NCBI RefSeq assembly: GCF_024521635.1
Contig: NW_026250405.1
Location: 1,488,001 to 1,552,000, forward strand
Length of the DNA stretch: 64,000 nt
Reading direction: 5' to 3'
From: Tricharina praecox
Lineage: Eukaryota
Shown: positions 62,134-64,000 of the stretch, one piece after another
Layout: every line of letters begins with the position of its first letter
Numbering within the stretch: position 1 is the stretch's first letter
Program-made: the position numbers and the translations under genes
The notes under the pieces: generated by a model
Told to the model about the DNA's origin: nothing
The model's input: only the letters and a program-made list of their open reading frames with translations
Database searches by the model: none

Positions 62134-63976
62134 TCACTCAAACACCAACGCCTCAAACTTCTCCTTTGGATAAAACGCGGCCTCCGTCTTGTTCCCCTCA
62201 AAGATCTCCCGTCTCTGTAGTCCATTGACGGCCTGTGTCCCACCAGTATCAGTATCAGTATGAGTAACCCTCGCACGTTCAACCCGAGAGCAAAAGCAAG
62301 GAGCAAGAGCAAGGGAACATACCATCTGCGCGCTGCCCACGTCCGCAAACAAGACATAGACCCTAGCGGTCTCGGGGTCCTCCTCATCCCAGCAAATCTT
62401 GATCTGCACGACCCTTCCGTAGCGTTTATACTCGTCGCCGATTTTCTGCATGAGCTCCGCGTCTTCGAGCCTTCTCTTTCCATCGACGATACCGCGCATG
62501 ACCACGACCTCGGAGCGGTCCGCGTCGGCGGTGGCGCGCTTCTTGTTCTTGTCGACGATCTTGCCGCGCCCCGGCTGGCCCTTCTTGCCAGAGGACACCA
62601 TCTGGATCGCCTTCGTGATGCCTTTGCCGTCGCGCCCGAGGCCCTGCCCTGCTTTCCAGCCTTGGCGCTCCATCAGCCGCTTTGCGAAGCCGGCTTGGCC
62701 CGGGCGGGAGGAGGCTTCGGGCTCCGGGGAGGGCTCGGCGTACGGGTTTATGAGGTCGGACGACGGGGATTCGGTGGCAGCAGATTGGGTGTAGAGGACT
62801 GGCGCGCGGGAGATGGTCAGGTCGGCTGTCGAGGCCGGAGCAGTGGCTGCGGGAGGAGGTGGCGGCGGAGGTGACTGCGGGACGTGCGTAGGTGACTGCG
62901 GGACGTGCGTAGGTGCCGCTGCGTAGCCGACTTGGCCTCGCTGGGACATTCGCATTCGGCGGGCAAACGCGTCTTCTCCCGAGGCGTCGTCGGGTATCTC
63001 GATAGCTGGTGTCGGTGGTTTATTAGAAGGAGGAGGGGGAGGCGCGAACTGCGGCGGTGGAGCGAACGAGTAATTGGTGGGGGGTGCAAAGCGGCCTATA
63101 AACCAAAGTCAATCTCCGATTGACCCTTAGCAGGAAAGGAAGAAATACCTCCTACGGCAGGGCGCCTTTCGTCCTCGGAGTCACTGCTGTCGCTGTAACG
63201 GCTCCTCCGCTTCTTGCCGTATAGCCTCTCCCGCCAATCCTCCATCTCGCGGATCTTCTCGTCTCCTTCCTTGTACTCTTCGTAGCTATTGGGTCTGAGC
63301 GGATCATAGATGTCGTCCCAGTTTGTCGGCGGCGGCGGAGTGGCCTTATTCTTCTTCCTCTTCTTTCTTCCAGCACGCTGCCGTTCCTTATTGGTGCTGT
63401 TGTAGAAGCCATTGACATCCTCATCATCGCCGACCCAATCCTCGAGGGTAGTCTTGACCACTGGCTTTGGCGCTTCGGGCTTCACCTGTGGCGTCGTCGC
63501 GGAATCCTCACCGGTGGTGGTGGTGGCGCCCTTGATCGCGGCGCCGCCAATTGGCTTAAAGTTCATTCCCTTCTTCTGCTGCGGGGGCGCAGGGCGTTTC
63601 GTAATGGTGGGCTGAAATCGTAGCGCAGCTGTATAATATCCCTTGCAAGAAACACCTCGCAACGTACCCGTGAGCAAAGCTTCATTCACAAAAAAATAAC
63701 AAATGCACAACCCGGCCAGGCAAGGAAAATGGTATGCGCGTGACTACCGGCATTAATCTTTTTCTGTGTGCTTGTGTTGCTGCTGCCACTTGTAGGGTCC
63801 TCCGCCGTCGGAGTCGCCGCTGGTCCAGACGTGCCGCCGGATGGCTTTGCGAATACTACGGGCGCTTTCGAGATCGTCGCCGAGGAGCTCTTGGACGTCG
63901 ACGCAGTCGTGTCGCCGAGGAGGTTGGCGTAGAGTCCGGACATGCCGCCGCCGGGGCGCGCGGGCGGCTGCGACAT
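62134..63976 (-). CDS. SPF45: G-patch + UHM/RRM splicing factor (SPF45/RBM17/DRT111-like), 4 exons
   Basis: LYANLL, AALRFQP, WDDIYDPLRPNSYEEYK, DDASGEDAFARR, the G-patch FAKRLMERQGWKAGQGLGRDGKGI and a C-terminal UHM (YGRV..VYVLF..AVNGL..IFEGN). Confidence 0.85.
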
Positions 63977-64000
63977 AGTTGCTTCTGTTGTGTGGTGGTG

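Overview
Eukaryotic DNA from a filamentous ascomycete: short GT-AG introns with CTRAC branch points and fungal housekeeping genes. A Pezizomycete origin is my guess only. I reconstructed 15 protein-coding genes of recognisable families by eye: MYG1 (partial), Vfa1/DUF1742, PCS60, a C2H2 transcription factor, YVH1, a secreted choice-of-anchor-B protein, an SDR, ANP1, HLJ1, ESF2, QCR7, an NDT1-type NAD+ carrier, MAG1, ECM33 and an SPF45-like G-patch/UHM protein. Two further small genes are missed by the ORF track: a spliced 85-aa Cys-rich protein and a 58-aa hydrophobic microprotein. Accessory DNA includes a TE-rich island at about 4-9 kb. It holds a frameshifted intronless gene, a 5'-truncated RNase H-type LINE with an 18-bp TSD, stacked LINE tails and a tRNA-like Pol III unit. 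A second inverted copy of the LINE-tail/body/tRNA-like composite lies at about 29 kb. There is also a 408-bp PIF/Tourist-like MITE and several minisatellites. The most unusual item is the two-copy composite element, whose parts are in the reverse order of a canonical SINE. All calls rest on manual translation and remembered family motifs; no searches were run.
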